Shown here: piece by piece, positions 63,166-64,000 of the stretch
Layout of the letters: the number at the start of each line of letters is the position of its first letter
How positions within the stretch are numbered: the first letter of the stretch is position 1
Assembly: GCF_963676685.1 (NCBI RefSeq)
Contig: NC_092350.1
Span: forward strand, 62,062,001 to 62,126,000
DNA: 64,000 nucleotides
Reading direction: 5' to 3'
DNA from: Mytilus edulis
Taxonomy: Eukaryota
Notes under the pieces: generated by a model
Databases searched by the model: none
What the model was told of the DNA's origin: nothing
Seen by the model: only the letters and a program-made list of their open reading frames with translations
Translations under genes and position numbers: made by a program

Positions 63166-64000
63166 TGCAGTTTTCATCACTTATTTTTCAAGATTCATCA
63201 TAACACAAGTTCTATATCTAATAATGTATATGGCTGAATCCGCCCCTGTAGAAATTATCTTTCTGAAACACAAAATGCAATTAACTTTTACACATCTAGT
63301 GTATGACAGATCTTAAAACTTTTCCAACTGAAGCCAGACGCCAGAATTTTTTTTTTCTCATAGTGGTGTGAACATGATTGTTGTTCCCATAATACTTGTT
63401 CCCCCTGAAACAAGTCTTTGAATGGTAATTAGTTCTTTGGAACAAACATAACATAATTTTATTTCCACCTTCTTAAGATATTTTCCTGGAACTAAAATGT
63501 TATATGGTTTCATAATATCTGTTCTTTTAGAGAGAGTGTCATTTGATTTTTTACACTTGATCACACCTTAGTTGATATTCACCTCACATTTCATTTACCT
63601 GGACATGAAGTACATACAAAGAACATGAAGAGTGGGCAAGAAAAGGGGAACGCGAACCCTGGAACACATTTTTTTTTTTAAATCTCCGGACTGACTTTAA
63701 ATTTAGTCCCTGTTTATTTTTTAATAGACTGTGAGAGAAATCAGGTGTACAAACAAGAAACACGAGGCCGGGATAAGGTACCGGTACTTCATGTATCTCT
63801 AACAAATGTAAAATTCAAAAAAAATATTATAACACTAAAAAAAACATTTTAAAAAGAGATACTGAAATGTTTTATTTAGTGTATAAAGTGCTTTTTCAAA
63901 ACTAATATATTTTCTCGTTTCAGCTGAAAGTACCTCTCTTATAACTGTTTATGTGCTGCTTAAAAATATATTGCAGCACTTCACAGTTGCTTGAAAGGTT

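Noticed and set aside
405-63805. Most ORFs in the six-frame track
   Set aside because: Short, low-complexity or antisense shadows of repeats and exons (e.g. 7372+, 31017+, 37498+ are antisense to real exons; 19436-, 32485+, 47254+ are repeat-derived; 61550- and 62290- come from the tandem array)

Overview
AT-rich, intron-containing eukaryotic DNA. The repeat families look like those of a bivalve (Mytilus-like); that assignment is an inference. There are two assembly gaps (3277-3438, 59778-59929). The main content is a minus-strand tandem array of three paralogous 5-exon genes that the ORF track misses almost entirely. I reconstructed them by hand from GT-AG junctions with consistent phases (0,1,0,1). 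Each has a signal-peptide exon, a 19-nt micro-exon, two WSC-domain exons and a PAN/apple-like exon. Copies 1 (7450-18816, 205 aa) and 2 (30999-42793, 209 aa) are intact. Copy 3 (51623-56222) has intact WSC exons but a broken, duplicated PAN exon, predicting a 140-aa WSC-only protein. A fourth, orphan signal-peptide exon at 29415-29471 could be an alternative first exon for copy 1. The rest is transposon-derived. It includes a Penelope-like GIY-YIG fragment followed by an intact-looking minimal hammerhead ribozyme, degenerate hammerhead-bearing repeats, a decayed Tc1/mariner, several MITEs and foldbacks, SINE and LINE fragments, and a 740-bp tandem array built partly from nested MITEs.
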